IMG/VR virus record: IMGVR_UViG_3300013901_000016
Length of the DNA stretch: 20,000 nucleotides
Strand: one strand, 5' to 3'
DNA from: an uncultured virus (IMG/VR IMGVR_UViG_3300013901_000016)
Taxonomy: Duplodnaviria; Heunggongvirae; Uroviricota; Caudoviricetes; Crassvirales
Under the pieces are notes generated by a model. That model was not told the DNA's origin and ran no database searches. It saw only the letters and a list, made by a program, of their open reading frames with translations. Position 1 is the first letter of the stretch; every line of letters starts with the position of its first letter. The translations under genes were made by a program, and so were the position numbers. Below, piece after piece: positions 19,290-20,000 of this stretch.

Positions 19290-20000
19290 TTAAAACTTTA
19301 TAAGCTACAACATAAATACAAACAGTTCAGATAATTCGTCTTTATATTTGTTTATTATTTCGTTAGTAAACTATATTTGTTTTATTTCTGATATTCTTAA
19401 TATAAATGCCGTTATAGCATACTTGTAATCTTTTTTTTTGTGCTCTTTAACAAACATTGCTACATCTTTTGCGCATAAAGCTTTATATATCTTATTCTTT
19501 ACATCATCTGATGTGTGTACCAAACTATTTTGGTTTTGGACATAATTGTATCCAACATACGGAGTGTCTATAACCTTTTTAGAATAGAATAAAACATAAT
19601 ACGCGGTTTGTGTATCTTCTATATATCTACGACTGCTATAGTCAACTTTATCCCATATAGATCTACGCACAATTTTATTATTAAGCCAATACTTTATTCT
19701 ATTTGTGTTTGTATTTTTGCTTAATACAAAATCTAATCCATTATATTCGCTAAGCTATTTAGATGACTCTTGAATAATAGAGCTATTGTCTATTATTCTC
19801 ATTCCGCTAGATACTACATCTGCATTATTCTTTATAGCTAAATCGTATAATGTCTATATGAAATCTTCGTCTAAGTAGTCATCGCCATCTAGAAATGCAG
19901 TATATTCACCTTTAGCTTCTTTTGTACCTATTCTCCTAGACATACCTGCACCTAAATTTTCAGAATTATTTACAACTCTTATTCTAGGATCTTTTACAGA
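19290..20000 (-). CDS. Glycosyltransferase family 2 (GT-A fold), N-terminus beyond window edge; TAG=Gln
   Basis: DPRIRVVNNSENLGAGMSRRIGTKEAKGEYTAFLDGDDYLDEDF...NADVV...WLNNKIVRRSIW...IED...GYNYVQNQNSL: GT2 signature with DxD motif; four TAG read-throughs; TAA at 19292-19290. Confidence 0.88.

Noticed and set aside
19095..19290. Bacteroidota sigma-A promoter (TTTG...TAnnTTTG) or phage late promoter
   Set aside because: I found no convincing match or repeated conserved motif in the intergenic regions by eye.
1..20000. Interpretation as a decayed prophage full of nonsense pseudogenes
   Set aside because: All internal stops are TAG, no frameshifts are needed, catalytic motifs are intact and the genes end in TAA or TGA with tight junctions; this is recoding.

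Overview
This window is the late (virion morphogenesis) region of a crAss-like phage (Crassvirales, most likely the delta/Suoliviridae-type group; Bacteroidota host inferred), with every gene on the minus strand. The supplied ORF track is fragmented because the genome reads TAG as glutamine; TAA and TGA remain stops. With TAG=Gln the window resolves into a tightly packed gene series, from right to left: GT2 glycosyltransferase (partial), 30-aa ORF, 926-aa tail fibre-like protein, conserved pre-terminase protein, large terminase with a 375-aa LAGLIDADG intein, portal with a 363-aa LAGLIDADG intein, GH73-like peptidoglycan hydrolase, 536-aa putative internal virion protein, acidic scaffold-like protein, major capsid protein split by an 870-nt group I intron carrying an HNH endonuclease, a conserved post-MCP protein, and three paralogous neck/tail ring-like proteins (the last partial). 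The least explained signal is a set of short intergenic tRNA-mimic structures (T-loop plus acceptor-like helix) at gene boundaries. Also notable are the complete absence of TAG from the MCP, its downstream neighbour and the intron HNH ORF, and a recurring [FY]xxGK[DN]-like peptide motif in the two genes after the portal. Product names come from recognised motifs and gene order, not from database searches.
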